This document shows positions 62,557 to 64,000 of a DNA stretch of 64,000 nt, in pieces. Below the pieces are notes generated by a model that had not been told where the DNA came from, did no database searches, and was given only the letters and a program-made list of their open reading frames with translations. Where the stretch lies: positions 1,715 through 65,714 of the forward strand of contig JAUWPM010000001.1 in NCBI GenBank assembly GCA_030611585.1, given 5' to 3'. The stretch comes from Methanosarcinales archaeon. Lineage in GTDB: Archaea > Halobacteriota > Syntropharchaeia > Alkanophagales > Methanospirareceae. The position numbers were made by a program, and so were the translations under genes. Every line of letters starts with the position of its first letter. The first letter of the stretch is position 1.

Positions 62557-63751
62557 TCTTGCACCTCTCCCCTATCCGTTCATCATCTACCGCATACATC
62601 TCCAATCCAGGCACGATTACTCTCACCGCAGGCACTCGCAGCTCCTCTCTCGTTAAGTCCACTACTATCACGCGTTCTAATCCGACCTCCTTTAGACGCT
62701 CCACCATGTATTTTATATCATCGAGGAAATCATCGCTGTCCAGAGATTTCACAGTCCCAAAATCCTCCTCCTCTGTAATGTCGAACCAATGTTTGTTCCT
62801 CTTCCGTATCCATTCATACCCCATTATCCTTCTCATATCCGCAATATTGGTATCCTCCCTCGCACCGTGTATTTGCGTGAGTCTGCTCTGGGCAACCTCT
62901 GTCAACGCTCTCTTGACTGCAACCTCTGCGTTCGTATGCGTTCCCATACCGATGGTGAGCAGTGCTGGGTCCCTCAACGTAACGTCATCGGAGACAGCCG
63001 CAAAAGTCGGTATACCTATGTCACTTGTTATATCCCGTACAAGCACGGAAACGTCAGCAACAATGAATTTATCCACAAGATCGCGAATTTCGCCTCCATC
63101 TATTTTCACGCTAAGGCCGGTATTCCGTGTGATTTCCACCAGCGACCATGCATCTCTTTCTATCACTTCAGCAAGACCGTGAAAAATTGCCTCCTCCAGC
63201 TCGTTACCCACTGCCAATCCGTTCGTATTCGTCCTGAACAGCCTGACCCTATCATATCTTGAAGGCAGGGGATGAAAAACCGCACTCGCAGGCACGTATA
63301 TCTCCTCCTCCTCGTGTATCAAATCATACCCCTTCACCCAGGGGATGCGAACTTCCTCAATATCCCTTACGTAATCCGGGAAAATCAATTCTTTCGGGTT
63401 TAAAACATTCTCCTTTTCGCTAAACCTCGAATAACTTTCTATTAAAAGCTTTCTGTTTCCAACCTCCGCGGAATATCGCTCTATCGCTTCCATCATTGCT
63501 GAGACTCTCGCTTCCTCTTCCGTCGTCCCCTTACCATTATACACCGAAATCGCTCCCTCTTCCGCAGTTGGTCTTATGCTCGAAAATACCGGTATCCCTA
63601 TCCTGTCAAGTCCGGTTATGTCCGCAACCCTTGTAACACCCGCGGCGGGCATCTTTGACGCTATTCGGGCTAAAGTCTCCTCTGGAGAAACTGCACGGTG
63701 CGTACTTTCCTTATAACCCTTGATACACGGCTTGAGTTTCATTTTTATCAT
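62513..63751 (-). CDS. ycaO: YcaO family protein (McrA-glycine thioamidation type)
   Basis: ITGLDRIGIPV, YNGKG, SAMMEAIER, TNTNGLA.GN, EVIERDA, RALTEVAQSR, IHGARED, VIVPGLE. Confidence 0.92.
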   Translation of the reverse strand: MIKMKLKPCIKGYKESTHRAVSPEETLARIASKMPAAGVTRVADITGLDRIGIPVFSSIRPTAEEGAISVYNGKGTTEEEARVSAMMEAIERYSAEVGNRKLLIESYSRFSEKENVLNPKELIFPDYVRDIEEVRIPWVKGYDLIHEEEEIYVPASAVFHPLPSRYDRVRLFRTNTNGLAVGNELEEAIFHGLAEVIERDAWSLVEITRNTGLSVKIDGGEIRDLVDKFIVADVSVLVRDITSDIGIPTFAAVSDDVTLRDPALLTIGMGTHTNAEVAVKRALTEVAQSRLTQIHGAREDTNIADMRRIMGYEWIRKRNKHWFDITEEEDFGTVKSLDSDDFLDDIKYMVERLKEVGLERVIVVDLTREELRVPAVRVIVPGLEMYAVDDERIGERCKNARGKSGRVPRTKS

Positions 63752-63916
63752 TAAAGAAGTCTAAGATAAAAAAACCACGAGAGTTCAAAATAAATAACCT
63801 TTTTCTAACCAGAGAGGAAACCCCGGTCGAGGATGAGAACTTTTCCTCCAAGGAAGATAACTAATAAACGCCTTTTTGTGTTATCCTTCCGTTAAATGTC
63901 ACGTAAAGTCAATCAG

Positions 63917-63989
63917 GGCCGGGGCCGGGATTCGAACCCGGGTCTAGGGATCCACAGTCCCCAGGGATAGCCTCTACCACACCCCGGCC
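63917..63989 (-). tRNA. tRNA-His(GTG) with genomically encoded G-1
   Basis: GGCCGGGG acceptor, GGGGA-CT-GTG-GA-TCCCT anticodon arm, GGTTCGAATCC T arm, C73. Confidence 0.95.
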
Positions 63990-64000
63990 ATTGGAACCAG

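Noticed and set aside
62268..63262. Long plus-strand ORFs opposite ycaO, and similar shadow ORFs such as 54661-55461 and 36173-36943
   Set aside because: Antisense shadows of well-supported genes with no recognisable motifs.
62513..63751. YcaO as part of a RiPP cluster with the small ORFs and methyltransferases
   Set aside because: It resembles the methanogen McrA-modifying type with a tfuA remnant and lies over 20 kb from those genes.
63917..63989. tRNA-His as an integration site
   Set aside because: No integrase and no duplicated tRNA 3' end were seen in the window.

Overview
Archaeal chromosomal window. Gene content (ftr-like, YcaO, FwdC-like, class I lysS, PGF-CTERM surface proteins) suggests a methane/alkane-metabolising euryarchaeon, possibly ANME-1/Methanophagales-like (inference). 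Housekeeping genes (hisG, priS, xseA, fbp, leuB-family, lysS, ftsZ, rnz, 5S rRNA, RNase P RNA, tRNA-His) frame two large trace-metal islands. (1) A ~16 kb iron island (4.3-20.3 kb) has split feoB, three feoA genes, an exported FmdE-like protein, flavodoxin, DUF2023, ZIP, eight methyltransferase-type genes, DUF2325 and a DtxR repressor with visible CCTAA/TTAGG operators. (2) A ~19 kb Mo/W island (35-54.5 kb) has modABC, wtpABC, a second wtpA, a Mop protein and exported proteins built from repeated sulfite-oxidase-fold-like domains; six promoters there share one 26-bp operator. The top unannotated signals are a duplicated ~100-nt two-hairpin RNA behind the Mo/W operator whose 5' end is antisense to a Shine-Dalgarno plus start codon (candidate metal-sparing sRNA), a family of ~55-aa proteins with one copy in each island, the exported Moco-fold protein array, a truncated tfuA behind an intact ycaO, and an RNase P RNA with P8 but apparently no P16/P17. 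All family assignments come from motif recognition by eye; no searches were run.
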